64,000 nucleotides of DNA from an uncultured delta proteobacterium (GCA_963789395.1 CAWBKP010000025.1:32001-96000); one strand, 5' to 3'. Shown: positions 1 to 10,686, counted from the stretch's first letter. Notes: generated by a model from the sequence alone, not told the origin. Numbers and translations: made by a program.

Positions 1-855
1 GCTTTTTTCAGAATCAGATTGTTCGCCCAGGGCAATGCAGCCGCATTCTCCAGTAGTTTTGTCATTTTCGCACTGTTTGCCTATGCCCCGCTGTTTATTC
101 AGGGGGCATTATCCAGAACACCAATGGAGGCCGGAATTGCCATGCTTTCCCTGAGTCTGGGCTGGTCCATGGGTTCTCTGGTCATCGGGCGTATCATGCA
201 CCACACCAATGAAAAAACCGCTGCCGTCACAGGTTCCCTGATGCTCCTTGCCGGAAGCGTCATGGCACTGATGTTCACAACACAAACCACCATGACCGTC
301 TGCTTCATAGTTTTTTTGATTATGGGGCTGGGCATGGGCTTTGTAACCCTGTCAACACTGCTCCTGGTTCAGAACTCCCTCCAGGAAAAGGATCTGGGCG
401 TTTCCACCTCCTCCCACCAGTTCGCACGCACCCTGGGCGGCACCATCGGGGTCGGCGTCTGCGGCGGTATTGTCACAACAAGCCTCATGGCACGGCTTGA
501 AACTGCATCAATCAGCCTGCCCCAAGTCCTTATGACGGAACTGCGGCAAAACGCTGAAAACCTGTTCAAACCGGAATTTCAATCCCTCTTGACATCCGAT
601 ACCCGGTTGATACTTGAGACAGCGGTAGCCGGCGGTCTGGAATCTGTTTTTATTATTGTAACGGCGGCATCGGTTATTAGCCTGCTCCTCACGGCTACCC
701 TGCCGTTGCCTGAAAAAATATACAGGAAAAAGGGAATGAGATTTATTTTGCCAAATGGAAATTGTGAGTTAAGGATTGTGCATGGCAAGAACAGCACGCA
801 TTATTGTCATGGGTTATCCGCACCACATCACCCGGCGCGGCCAGTTAACCGGTAG
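1..855 (+). CDS. MFS (DHA2-like) transporter, C-terminal part; starts before the window
   Basis: Hydrophobic multi-TM ORF with YAPLFIQG...TPMEAG, GLGMG and DLGVSTSSHQFARTLGGTIG motifs; the C-terminal tail may be extended by an indel. Confidence 0.85.
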   Translation, partial: AFFRIRLFAQGNAAAFSSSFVIFALFAYAPLFIQGALSRTPMEAGIAMLSLSLGWSMGSLVIGRIMHHTNEKTAAVTGSLMLLAGSVMALMFTTQTTMTVCFIVFLIMGLGMGFVTLSTLLLVQNSLQEKDLGVSTSSHQFARTLGGTIGVGVCGGIVTTSLMARLETASISLPQVLMTELRQNAENLFKPEFQSLLTSDTRLILETAVAGGLESVFIIVTAASVISLLLTATLPLPEKIYRKKGMRFILPNGNCELRIVHGKNSTHYCHGLSAPHHPARPVNR

Positions 856-956
856 TGTGCGATTCGTGGAAGAGATTGAGAAAAAATCGAAAGGCGGAGT
901 TCAGAGGGCAGGGAAGGCCAAAAAAATCGAATAAATAAATCTGTCCCCTTTATTCT

Positions 957-1583
957 TTATTCTGGGCAGGGGGAGAGATTGACCGCCATGACCCGAGACT
1001 TGCCATTGATATCCTGGATAAGCGTTATCCCGCCGTAATCCAGATGAATTCTGAAAAGATTGGCCAGCGGTATCTGCAGCACCTCGCAAAGCAGCACCCG
1101 GATAACACCGGCATGAGTGACGATCAGCGTGTTGCCGGGCGATTGAACGGCGATGCGCCGGATAAACGGGACAGCCCGCTGCTGGAGATCGGCGAAGCTC
1201 TCCGCGCCGGGTGGCCGGAAGTGGCCGATATTCTCCCCGCGCGCCTGCCAGAGGCCCGGAAAGTGTTCGCGGATTTGCGACATGGCCATCCCATCCCATT
1301 GACCAAGATCGATCTCGCGCAGTTCAGAGGCTTGCATAATTTTGATGCCGAGGTTCACAGAGACAATGGCCGCGGTTTCGCGGGACCTTGCCAGATCGCT
1401 GCACCATATGCCGGTAAACGGAATATCCATCAGCTGCCGACCCTGCCGTTCGGCCTGCTTGCGGCCATCAGGGCTGAGCGGCGGGTCAATTTGTCCGACA
1501 AAACGCTTTTCCGCCGTGGACGCGATTGCGCCATGTCGCATCAGATAGAGCATGCTTCCGAAAAAAATCTGTTGAGTTGTCAT
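957..1583 (-). CDS. Histidine phosphatase family protein (CobC/PGM-like)
   Basis: RHG motif (LMRHG), SDLxR, LREIDLGxWDG, VTHAGVIR; start chosen at MTTQQ. Confidence 0.88.
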   Translation of the reverse strand: MTTQQIFFGSMLYLMRHGAIASTAEKRFVGQIDPPLSPDGRKQAERQGRQLMDIPFTGIWCSDLARSRETAAIVSVNLGIKIMQASELREIDLGQWDGMAMSQIREHFPGLWQARGENIGHFRPPGAESFADLQQRAVPFIRRIAVQSPGNTLIVTHAGVIRVLLCEVLQIPLANLFRIHLDYGGITLIQDINGKSRVMAVNLSPCPE

Positions 1584-1659
1584 TGTAAGGAGCCGGTGTT
1601 TAACATCAACCAAAATATCCATTCCAGCGAACATTTTGGCAATATATCAGCTGTGATTT

Positions 1660-1681
1660 GATATGTCAATATTGACATATC
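1660..1681. promoter_or_regulatory. Perfect 22-bp palindrome, ModE-type operator candidate
   Basis: GATATGTCAATATTGACATATC; TATGT-N7-GACAT spacing resembles the ModE box TATAT-N7-TAYAT; lies in the divergent promoter region of Mo-cofactor genes. Confidence 0.65.
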
Positions 1682-1750
1682 GATTATTTTAAATTATACA
1701 GAAACAACTGGTTGTTGCGAGGATGAGATGCCCCTTTATAAGCATGATGT

Positions 1751-1773
1751 GTTATGTCAATAGTGACAGGTCG
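1751..1773. promoter_or_regulatory. Second ModE-type box (degenerate)
   Basis: GTTATGTCAATAGTGACAGGTCG, a near copy of the 1660 palindrome. Confidence 0.55.
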
Positions 1774-1930
1774 AATATTTTTTCATAACTGCATCATATT
1801 TCCATACGGTTATTTACGTGCCGATGCAATCTGAAACGTATTTAATTATTATCTATAACCTGATGGTATCAAATCAATTTACAGATTCGATTGCAGGGTT
1901 TCAGATTATTCGGATACAATATTCACTATA

Positions 1931-2739
1931 ATGAACAAACGGAGCGATATGAAAAACAATGCATTGTCAGCCGGATATCAAGCGCCGGCAGTTCAACGGG
2001 CGTTTCATTTGCTCAAACTGGTTGCTGAATCGCCTGCTGAGCAGAGCCTGAGCAGTCTTGCCCGAAACATGGGGTGTAGCAAGAGCACCACCCATGGCCT
2101 GATTCAGTCGTTGTTAAGTGTGGGCGCTTTGGAGCAGGGCTCCTTGCGGAAAAAATATTTTCTGGGTCCCGCCATTGTGGAACTGGCGTTTCAAAACCGG
2201 AATTATTTTCAGATCGGTGATAAGGCCAGACCAATACTGGAAGCCTTGCGGGATCAGATTGGTGAAACGGTATTTCCTCGGCGTTATGGGGAGGTCCCGG
2301 GGAATTGTCGTGGCGACCGCTGAATCCCAAAAGTCGCTTAAATTGTCCGCTCCTCCGGGAACATCCATTTCCCTGCGGGCCGGGGCATTGGGTAAAGTGT
2401 ATCTGGCTTCCCTGCCTGACGAATCAGGCGGTTCAGTTCATTCAGGAGCGGGAACTGACCCGGTACACGGAAAAAACCATTACGGACAAAAGCGATTATC
2501 TTGCTGAAATCGACCAGGTACGTCAGAATGGATACGCTGTTGATGACGAGGAATTTCTTCCGGGAGTCAAGGCCGTTGCCACCGGCGTCGGAAATCACAG
2601 GGGGCTGCCACTGGCCCTATGGGTGGTTGGTTTTGCAGGCGCAATGGAAAACGGCGTGCTTCCGAAGATTATTCGATGCATACAACAAGCAGCCCATGAT
2701 TTACAAAAAATCATGGATATAAAAGGGGAAATGCCGTGA
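1931..2739 (+). CDS. IclR family transcriptional regulator (two frameshifts, probably sequencing indels)
   Basis: N-terminal APAVQRAFHLL HTH; GETVFLG; GALGKVYLA; C-terminal VRQNGYAVDDEEFLPGV, spread over three frames. Confidence 0.85.
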
Positions 2740-2847
2740 GATCGATCCCGGTTCAGGATGCGTTGGGAATGCTGTTATGTCATGATATCACCAGTATTTT
2801 CCGAGTAAATTCAAGGTTGAAAGGATTTTAAAAAGGCAATGTCATTG
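2736..2847 (+). pseudogene. 5' remnant of a molybdopterin-binding (MoeA-like) protein gene
   Basis: GTG overlapping the IclR stop reads MRSIPVQDALGMLLCHDITSI, then PSKFK and KGNVI in shifted frames, resembling the N-terminus of deltaproteobacterial Mo-binding proteins; the rest is absent. Confidence 0.55.
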
Positions 2848-2892
2848 TGGACATTCACGAATTGCGATGGACTAAACAAAGGAGCGTAAATC

Positions 2893-3918
2893 ATGCGAAA
2901 ATGGGTCGAGGCCATCCATGAAATTCTGAGCCGGAAACAGCCGCTGGTCATGGCCCTGATTTTGAGTCAGGAAGGCTCCACGCCCAGGGCCGCCGGAACG
3001 CGGATGCTGATCGGTTCAGATGGCTCTCTGGTAGGCACCATCGGCGGCGGGAAGATCGAGGCCGGCGTTATCGAGACAGCCCGTGACATGCTGGGAAAAC
3101 CGGGAGCTGCGATCCTGTCCTTTGATCTGACTTCTGAAATTGCCGATGCCATGGACATGATCTGCGGCGGGAAGCTGGAAATCCTGATAGATTCGATTGC
3201 TCCGGATGAAGCAAACCGCCTGTTTTTTTCCAACCTGCTTCAGATGCTGGACCATCGGCAAAAAGGGCTGATGGTTACCGAACTCCTGGAATCAGACGAC
3301 CTTCAGGTCAGGCGCTCTGTTCTGTTTCAGGACGGTGGGGAAATCGCGGATTCGGATTTGAAAAAAGCAATCGATTCCATTCCAAAAAAGCTGCGTGTGC
3401 CGGCACTGACTCAGTCCGGTAACCGGCGGCTTTTCATCGAACCGGTATCTGCGGCAGGGACGGTGTACTTTTTCGGTGCAGGCCATGTCAGCCTTCAAAC
3501 AGCCATACTTGCCAAAAGAGTCGGGTTCGACACCGTGGTTCTGGATGACCGCATCGAATTTGCCAATGCCGGCCGGTTTTCAGATGCCGATGAGGTTCGG
3601 GTTCTGGCGTCATTCGAACAGGCCTTTGCGGGGCTTGAAATTCACCCGGACAGCTACATCGTGATTCTCACGCGCGGGCACCTTCACGACAAAACCGTTC
3701 TTCAGCAGGCCCTTCACACCCCGGCAGGCTATATCGGGATGATCGGATCCCGGAAAAAACGGGATGCCATTTACCGGGCACTTGAAAATGAAGGGTTTGC
3801 TGCGGCGGATTTTGAAAAAGTGCAGTGTCCCATCGGTCTTTCGATCGGCGCCCAGACCCCCGAGGAAATCGCTGTCAGCATTGTGGCGGAACTGATTCTT
3901 GCCCGTTCCGTGAAGTAA
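2893..3918 (+). CDS. xdhC: XdhC/CoxI family molybdo-hydroxylase maturation factor
   Basis: GSTPRxAG, GTIGGG, MICGG, FGAGHV, TRGHLHD, YIGMIGS, CPIGLSIGAQTPEEIAVSI. Confidence 0.93.
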   Translation: MRKWVEAIHEILSRKQPLVMALILSQEGSTPRAAGTRMLIGSDGSLVGTIGGGKIEAGVIETARDMLGKPGAAILSFDLTSEIADAMDMICGGKLEILIDSIAPDEANRLFFSNLLQMLDHRQKGLMVTELLESDDLQVRRSVLFQDGGEIADSDLKKAIDSIPKKLRVPALTQSGNRRLFIEPVSAAGTVYFFGAGHVSLQTAILAKRVGFDTVVLDDRIEFANAGRFSDADEVRVLASFEQAFAGLEIHPDSYIVILTRGHLHDKTVLQQALHTPAGYIGMIGSRKKRDAIYRALENEGFAAADFEKVQCPIGLSIGAQTPEEIAVSIVAELILARSVK

Positions 3919-3981
3919 TGCCCGGTTGCATTTCATCTGAATGATTGCCGGAATATATTTTTGTAAGCATAGCGGATAATT

Positions 3982-5112
3982 ATGGAAAAACAGGAGATTG
4001 CAGCCATTATCCTTTCGGCCGGATTGTCATCCAGGCTCAAAGAGTTCAAGCCGCTCCTGCCATTGGGAAATGAACTGCTTCTGGAACGCGTCATAACGCT
4101 ATACCGTCTGCGGGGGTTTCGGATATCCGGGTGGTCACCGGGCATCGTGCCGGGGAAGTTGCGGCGCTTGCCACGCGTTGCGGCGCCAGCCCGGTTTTCA
4201 ATCCCGATTTTGCTGAAGGCATGTTTTCTTCGGTTGTTGCCGGCGTTTCTGACTTGTCAACGGATTGCGCCGGTTTTTTTATTCATCCGGTGGATATTCC
4301 CCTGGTCAGGCGTCAGACCCTGACCGATTTGCAGGATGCGTTCAAACAGGGGAATGCCGGCATTTGTTATCCGACATTTCTGGAGGTCCGCGGACATCCC
4401 CCGCTTGTTTCCGGAATTCATGTCAACGCCATTAAATGCGGAACAGGTCAGGGCGGCCTTCGGGAAATTTTAAACGGACTTGAGGCCGATGCGATAAATG
4501 TCCCGGCGGTGGATCGATATATTCTGAAGGATATCGATACGCCTGAGGATTATGCCTGGGCACGGGACTGCATGGACCGTCACGACATTCCTTCCGGTGA
4601 CGAATGCCGGGCGCTCATGATCCGTCACGCTGTTTCACAAAACGTCATGGATCATTGCCGGGCAGTCGCGGATCTGGCAAATCGCATGGTAGGTGCGCTG
4701 AACGCTGCCGGCTGCCGGCTGGATAGGCATCGGACGGTATCTGCGGCACGGCTTCACGATCTGGCAAGGGGCTGTCCCGACCACGCCGAAGCAGGCGCCC
4801 GGATGCTTCGCAAGATGGGATTTCCCCGCATTGCCGATATCGTTGCGGTTCACATGGATTATACGGTCGACAAAACAGGCCCGGTTACAGAAGCCGAGGT
4901 GGTTTTTCTTGCCGATAAATGGATTCAGGGGGATCGACAAGTCAGCATGGAGGAGCGTTTTCAGGCAAAACTGCGGCAATATGGCGATCGATTCCGGGGT
5001 CTGCCGGGATATTTTGAGGCGCCGGGATAATGCCATTGAAGCGCAACGGCGCGTTGAGAAACAGAGCGGTCTCGCCATGGAACGGCTGTTAATGATTTTT
5101 CAGAGAATTTAG
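3982..5112 (+). CDS. MocA-like NTP transferase fused to an HD domain (frameshifted)
   Basis: ILSAGLSSR, GMFSSV, HPVDIPLV, RGHPPL, DIDTPEDY, then HD domain (HCRAV, RLHDLAR, HAEAGA, LADK); shifts near 4110 and 4990. Confidence 0.85.
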
Positions 5113-5292
5113 AAAATTTTTCTTGTTTACATTCTGACGGATTGACTTATTAAGTACATGGTGGAGATGAGCCGATTTTCAGCGGATGCGATATTTCATA
5201 AAAATGCTTTTTCAACCTTGAAGATAAGAGAGCATTTTATTGCTGAAAAGAAGCGATCATCGATATTCGAGCAAGGGATATATCAGACTGTC

Positions 5293-5685
5293 ATGACACA
5301 AAGTAAAGAAGGTCCGTTTTTTATCCGCTCGAAAATCTGGTTTGAGGATGGCTCCGGAGAGGTGATCTTTGGTCTGGGGCGACTTAAAATGCTGGAAGCC
5401 ATTGAGCGCCAGGGTTCGATTCAGGCGGCTGCCAAGGAACTGAAAATGAGCTACCGGGCCTTATGGGGAAGAATAACGGCAACGGAAAACCGGATGGGCC
5501 GGCAGCTGTTGACCCGAAACATCGGCGGGGCTTCCGGCGGCGGCTCGCAGTTGACCCCTTTTGCAAAGATTATTCTGGAAAATTTCCGGGATATTCACCG
5601 GCGCATCGCACTGGAATCGGATCGGCTGTTTCAAGAGGAAATCCTTTCCAAAATCACCCGGACAGACGATGATCTGGAAGGCTGA
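5293..5685 (+). CDS. modE: ModE-like winged-helix regulator (HTH only, no TOBE domain)
   Basis: RSKIW...FGLGR..LEAI...GSIQAAAKELKMSYRALWGRI...GGGSQLT. Confidence 0.85.
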   Translation: MTQSKEGPFFIRSKIWFEDGSGEVIFGLGRLKMLEAIERQGSIQAAAKELKMSYRALWGRITATENRMGRQLLTRNIGGASGGGSQLTPFAKIILENFRDIHRRIALESDRLFQEEILSKITRTDDDLEG

Positions 5686-5972
5686 TGGCCGACTTGATTT
5701 ACCTGTCACTGGCAGTTCACTGGGAAACGTCTCAACTCTCCTCAAAGCATCTTTTCCGCAATTCATTCCCGCCTGCGGCCGGATTCATCCAAAGATGATG
5801 CAGTGTGCACAACTATGGAGTCAAGACATGCCTTAGATGTATCTTGCAGCATCTGCCCAATTCATGTTATGGAAAACACAGATTGATGCGACAGGAATAT
5901 CAAGCGTTTGAATGGTAAAAAACCCCGACATCCTTCATGGTGAATGGGGAAAATCAATGAAAGGAAAAACCG

Positions 5973-6230
5973 ATGTCAGTTCCTCCGGTAAAGGTTTATT
6001 CGCTCAGCACCTGCAGCCATTGTAAATCCACCAAAAAAATGCTTTCAGACTGCACCATTCAATATGACTATGTGGATGTGGATACGACTCAAGGCGATGA
6101 AAGGGCCGCGATTCTGGAAGATGTCAAAAAATTCAATCCCAAATGTTCATTTCCGACCATTATCATCGGCAATACCGTGATTGTCGGGTTCAAGGAAAAA
6201 GAGATCAAGGAGGCGCTGGGGCTGGAATGA
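5973..6230 (+). CDS. Glutaredoxin family protein
   Basis: CSHC motif, SFPTI, IVGF. Confidence 0.9.
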   Translation: MSVPPVKVYSLSTCSHCKSTKKMLSDCTIQYDYVDVDTTQGDERAAILEDVKKFNPKCSFPTIIIGNTVIVGFKEKEIKEALGLE

Positions 6231-6556
6231 ACGCCGAACAACTCTATGAAATGCTCAAAAAAGTCCAGGAGCCCAAAGGCTATTATTTCAGCGACGACAC
6301 CGAACGGGTGGCGGAACTGATGCAGGCCCTTCTGGCCAACAAGGAGCGTTACGGGTATATGGTCTGCCCCTGCCGACTGTCTTCGGGAGAAAAAGAAAAG
6401 GACAGGGACATCATCTGCCCCTGTGTTTACCGTACCGAAGACGTGGCGGAATTTGGCAGCTGTTACTGCAATCTTTACGTGTCCAGGGAATGGCTGGAAG
6501 GCAAGATTCCCCGCGAGTATGTTCCGGAACGCAGACCGGTTGAGAAAATGTTTTAG
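6227..6556 (+). CDS. Ferredoxin:thioredoxin reductase catalytic subunit
   Basis: CPC...CPC...CYC motifs; ATGA overlap with the glutaredoxin gene. Confidence 0.92.
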   Translation: MNAEQLYEMLKKVQEPKGYYFSDDTERVAELMQALLANKERYGYMVCPCRLSSGEKEKDRDIICPCVYRTEDVAEFGSCYCNLYVSREWLEGKIPREYVPERRPVEKMF

Positions 6557-6566
6557 ATCCGCGTCA

Positions 6567-8020
6567 TCATCCCTGGTAGTGTTCTGTAAGAGACTGGATT
6601 TCCTGTTTCAGCTTTTCCGGAACCGGCTCGGGATGATGGGTGTTTAAAATCGTGTCCAGCTTTGTCCTGGCCCTGACCAGAAGGCTTGTCTTTCCGGAGG
6701 CTTCCCATTCCTCGTATCCGGACCGGCTGGTGAGCTTGGGCCGCCATTGGGTGCTGCGCAGGTGTCTGAAGGTATGATCATGGGATAAAAATTCTCCCGT
6801 GGGGCCGATTTCCTCAATCACGTTCAGCGCCATCATTTCGTCATTAATGGGAATTCCTTTTTTCATCCGCCGGATCATATCGATCATTTCATCCACGATC
6901 ACGATCATCTCCAGGCTTCCGGTTCTGCCAAAATCCAGATATCCCACGTCATGATTGAGGTTGGCGCCGGCCATGGCCGACATGAACGTCAGAAGGCCGG
7001 CTTCAAAGGTCGCCTGTCCGTCCGGAATCTGGGCGTCGCTGGTGCCCGCATATCCCCATGACGGCAGATTGACATGGTGGCTCATTTCAATCATGGCCAT
7101 GTAGGCCATGTAGTATTCAGGTGCGTTGTAGGAACACTGGCTGGTGGCCATGTCCAGAACGGCCGCACCCATTCCCATGATAAAGGGTGCGCCCGGTGAC
7201 GCCAGCTGATGAATGACAAGTCCGCAGAAGCATTCACTCAGGCCCTGAACCACATGCCCGGCAATGGTCATGGGGGCCGTTGACCCGGCAATGGGCGCCG
7301 GTGAATAAATGGCCGGAATCCGCTTTTCCGCGCAGAACAGGAGTTTGTCCAGGCTGTCGAATGGGTGTTTCAGCGGACTGATCGGCTCGGCATAATGCAT
7401 GAAATACGGTTTTTCCTTCAGGACCGCTTCGCTTCCCCGCAGTCTTTTGGCAAGTTCCCATATTCGGGTCAGGTCTTTTCTGGACGCCGCGGTACAGACG
7501 ATGGGTTTTATGGAGTTTTCGGCCATGGCCTGAAACTCGACCAGATAGGCTCTTTCAGGGGCAACGTCGCTGGGATGGGCAAAGGACATAATAAAATCGA
7601 TATTGGTCAGGGCATCGCAGACCCGGGCGGCATTTTTGACATCTTCCAGAACACAGAGACGGCGTTCACCCGAGGCGTTCAGAGAATAAATCAGATCTGA
7701 TCCGGTTCCAAAATAGGAGCGGTTCCCTCCCAGATCCATGACCTGCAGGCCGTTTCGATTGAAAACAGGTATGGAGTCGGGCGCGCTGTGAATGGACTTT
7801 TCCACGAGGGATTCCGGAATGGTCACCATCCGGCCGCTCTTGACCGTGCATCCGGCATGCGAGAGCAGAGAAAGCGCTCCCTCATGCTGGATTTCCATGC
7901 CGATGGTTTCGAGCACATGGAGCGCTGCCCGATAAATTTTACGTTTATCTTCCAGAAGAAAGAAATGAGAGCCTGGGGAAAATCGAGATTGCTTCCGGTG
8001 TCAAATTGAAATCCTTTCAT
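6567..8020 (-). CDS. mttB: Trimethylamine methyltransferase (MttB) superfamily, non-pyrrolysine; N-terminal frameshift
   Basis: VLETIGM, YFGTGSD, EPISPL, GSTAPMTIAG, LPSWGYAGTSDAQ (no amber codon), GANLNHDVGYL, FLSHDHT. Confidence 0.88.
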
Positions 8021-8063
8021 GATGTTTCAGGCGTTCAGGCAAAAGTCTAAAAGACATGCAGCT

Positions 8064-8876
8064 TCAGCCTTTTCTTTTCGCCCAGTTTCCGATGCCGAAG
8101 AAAATAAAAAAAATCAGAGAGGCCAGGGTAACAATGGTGGCGCCGGAGGCCAGGTCCGCATAATAGGAAATGCACAGGCCGCCCGTGGTTGCGGCAAGCG
8201 CCACACCGATGGCAACCGCGAACATGGCACCGTATCGATCGGTAACCTGAGCGGCGGCAGCTCCGGGGATGACCAGAAGAGCGGATACCAGGATGATGCC
8301 GACTACCTTCATGCTGATGACTACGGTCAGGGCCAGGATCGTCAGAAAAAAATGATCCAGGAACATGACCGGAATCCCGCTGACGTGAGCGACTTCACTG
8401 TCGAAGGCCGCAAACAGCATCTCCTTGAAGAACAGCCAGATCGAAACCAGAACCAGGCTGCCGAGAATGGCGATGATGAGAATATCCTGGTGGGTAATGG
8501 CCAGAATGTTTCCGAACAGATACCCGAAAAGGTCCACATTATACGCGCTGGACAATCCGATGAAAATGACCCCAAGGGCCATGGCCAGGGAAAAGAAGAT
8601 CCCGATGGCGGTGTCGGCGCTGAGCCGCTGCTGATTGCCGACAATGCCGATGGCATTGGCAACGCAAACGGCAAAAACAATCGCGGAGATGGTGGGCGAG
8701 ACCCCGAGCAAGGCGCCCAGCGCCACACCGCCGAATGCGGAATGGGCGACCCCCACGCCGATAAAGGAAAATTTACGGAGCACCACAAAGCAGGAAACCA
8801 CGGCCAGTACGATGCTGAGCAGAATTCCGGCTGCCAGTGCATTTTGCATGAAACTCAGATGCAGCCACTCAGTCAT
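8064..8876 (-). CDS. znuB: Zn/Mn ABC transporter permease
   Basis: GVAHSAFGG, YLFGNIL, VGIILVSALLVIP. Confidence 0.9.
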   Translation of the reverse strand: MTEWLHLSFMQNALAAGILLSIVLAVVSCFVVLRKFSFIGVGVAHSAFGGVALGALLGVSPTISAIVFAVCVANAIGIVGNQQRLSADTAIGIFFSLAMALGVIFIGLSSAYNVDLFGYLFGNILAITHQDILIIAILGSLVLVSIWLFFKEMLFAAFDSEVAHVSGIPVMFLDHFFLTILALTVVISMKVVGIILVSALLVIPGAAAAQVTDRYGAMFAVAIGVALAATTGGLCISYYADLASGATIVTLASLIFFIFFGIGNWAKRKG

Positions 8877-9684
8877 CGTCGATATGTCTCATCCTGCAGG
8901 ATACGCATTGGGGGTCGTGTACCATGACCTTGAGGTTTCTTCCGAAAACCTTCTGGTGGATATCGGCATCCAGTTCCGAGTCCGTATCGCCGTGGTAGTG
9001 AATTTCACGGTTCAGGCAGGCCACGCGATCGGCATGGGAGGTTACCACGCCGATATCGTGGGAAACCATGATCACGGATATCCGCTCGGGACTGTCTCTT
9101 AAACCGGCCAGAAGCTCGTAGAAATCCTCCTGGCCGACGCTGTCCACGCCTGTTGAGGGCTCATCCAGAACCAGAAGGCTGGGGCCGGACACCAGGGCTC
9201 TGGCAATTTGAACCCGCTGTTGCTGGCCGCCGGAAAGGACCCCGAAGGGCTTGTCGGCATGCTCGGCCATGCCGACCTGTTCCAGTTTTTCCAGAGCGAT
9301 CTTTTTGTGCTTGTTCATCAGCCGGGAAAGGAGTCCCATCTGATGGTACAGGCCCATGATCACCACATCCAGAGCGGTTACCGGAAAAGAGCGTTCCGCA
9401 TGGGATATCTGCGGCAGATACCCGACGTGCAGCCGGCTCTGCTTGCCGGGCTTTTTTCCAAACAAGCGCACCGTTCCCTTTTCGGGTCGAATCAGTCCGA
9501 GAATGACTTTCAGGAGCGTGGATTTGCCGCCGCCATTGGGGCCGACAATGCCCAGAATTTCACCTTCGTAGCATTTCAGGTAAATGGATTTGAGCACCCA
9601 TTTGCCGTCGAATCGGACCCAGACATCCGAGATGTCCACCAGGATGCCGGGTTCGGGTTTGGTCATCAATTGGCCTGTATTCAC
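8869..9684 (-). CDS. znuC: Zn/Mn ABC transporter ATPase
   Basis: GPNGGGKST, GYLPQ, LSGGQQQR, LDEP, VSHD. Confidence 0.92.
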   Translation of the reverse strand: MNTGQLMTKPEPGILVDISDVWVRFDGKWVLKSIYLKCYEGEILGIVGPNGGGKSTLLKVILGLIRPEKGTVRLFGKKPGKQSRLHVGYLPQISHAERSFPVTALDVVIMGLYHQMGLLSRLMNKHKKIALEKLEQVGMAEHADKPFGVLSGGQQQRVQIARALVSGPSLLVLDEPSTGVDSVGQEDFYELLAGLRDSPERISVIMVSHDIGVVTSHADRVACLNREIHYHGDTDSELDADIHQKVFGRNLKVMVHDPQCVSCRMRHIDDD

Positions 9685-10631
9685 TGCATGGCCTCCTTCA
9701 TGATCTGCAGATTGTACGTCATCAAATCGATATAGGTGTTTCGTCCGGTAAGGGTTTCGCCGCCGATCGGATCCAGGATCATCACCTTTACACCGGCTTC
9801 CCTGGCGATGACGTCCGCCACCTTGAGGCTGAACTGGGGTTCTGCAAAGACCGCGCGAATGTTCCGGGCCTTGATATCGGCAACAATTCCGGCGATTTCC
9901 CGCGGTGTCGGATTTCTTCCAGGCGTTTTCTCGATTACGCCGGTCAGGATCAAACCGTATCGTGCGGCAAAATAATCCCAGGACGAATGAAATGAAATGA
10001 CCTGTTTGTTCTTGAAGCCATTTACGGTATTCGCAATTTCACGGTCCAGCGCGTCCAGCCTTTTAAGATAGGCTTTGGCCCGGATTTCATATGTCGGCGC
10101 ATGGGCCGGATCCGCGATCGAGAATGCCTCCTGTATCCGGGTTACCATGCTTTTGGCCAGGTGGGGATCCAGCCAGATATGCGGATTGCCGGCATGAAAA
10201 TCGTGGGTATGCGTGTTCTCGGCATTCGCGGCCGGTTTTGAAGCGGCTGGAGACGCTTTGAGGGACTCATCATGATGCGGATCCGCGGACCGGATCAGCG
10301 TCACGCCTTCGGACAATACAACCGGTTTCAGTTGCTGACCGGAAGATCGTAGCAGTTGATCCGCCCAGAATTCCAGTCCGGCCCCGATCATCAAAAAGAC
10401 CCTGGCCTCGCCGAATGCCTTAACCAGACTGGGTTTCATCTCAAACGTGTGAGGGCTTGCGCCCGCAGGCACGATGGTGGTGACCTCGACATCATCGCCG
10501 CCGACCTGCCGGGCCATATCGGCGATCGGAAAAATGCTGGCGACAACCTGAAGCTTTTCACCGTAGGAAAGGGAAGGGCTGCCGATAAAGACTCCCAGGA
10601 AAATCCAAACAATAAATCGATACTGCCTCAT
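9681..10631 (-). CDS. znuA: Zn/Mn ABC transporter substrate-binding protein
   Basis: Signal peptide, SPHTFE, His-containing loop, NPHIWLDP, FHSSWDYF, EPQF. Confidence 0.92.
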   Translation of the reverse strand: MRQYRFIVWIFLGVFIGSPSLSYGEKLQVVASIFPIADMARQVGGDDVEVTTIVPAGASPHTFEMKPSLVKAFGEARVFLMIGAGLEFWADQLLRSSGQQLKPVVLSEGVTLIRSADPHHDESLKASPAASKPAANAENTHTHDFHAGNPHIWLDPHLAKSMVTRIQEAFSIADPAHAPTYEIRAKAYLKRLDALDREIANTVNGFKNKQVISFHSSWDYFAARYGLILTGVIEKTPGRNPTPREIAGIVADIKARNIRAVFAEPQFSLKVADVIAREAGVKVMILDPIGGETLTGRNTYIDLMTYNLQIMKEAMQ

Positions 10632-10686
10632 TTTGGAACCTTTCTATGTAAAAATGAAATTCGGGTCCGAAGCTCGAAAATAATGA

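Noticed and set aside
2775..2795. Third ModE box (GTTATGTCATGATATCAC)
   Set aside because: Only a half-site, and it is explained by the LCHDIT codons of the gene remnant
7030..7070. Pyrrolysine (TAG) readthrough in mttB
   Set aside because: The codon at the equivalent site is ACC (Thr) and the frame is open
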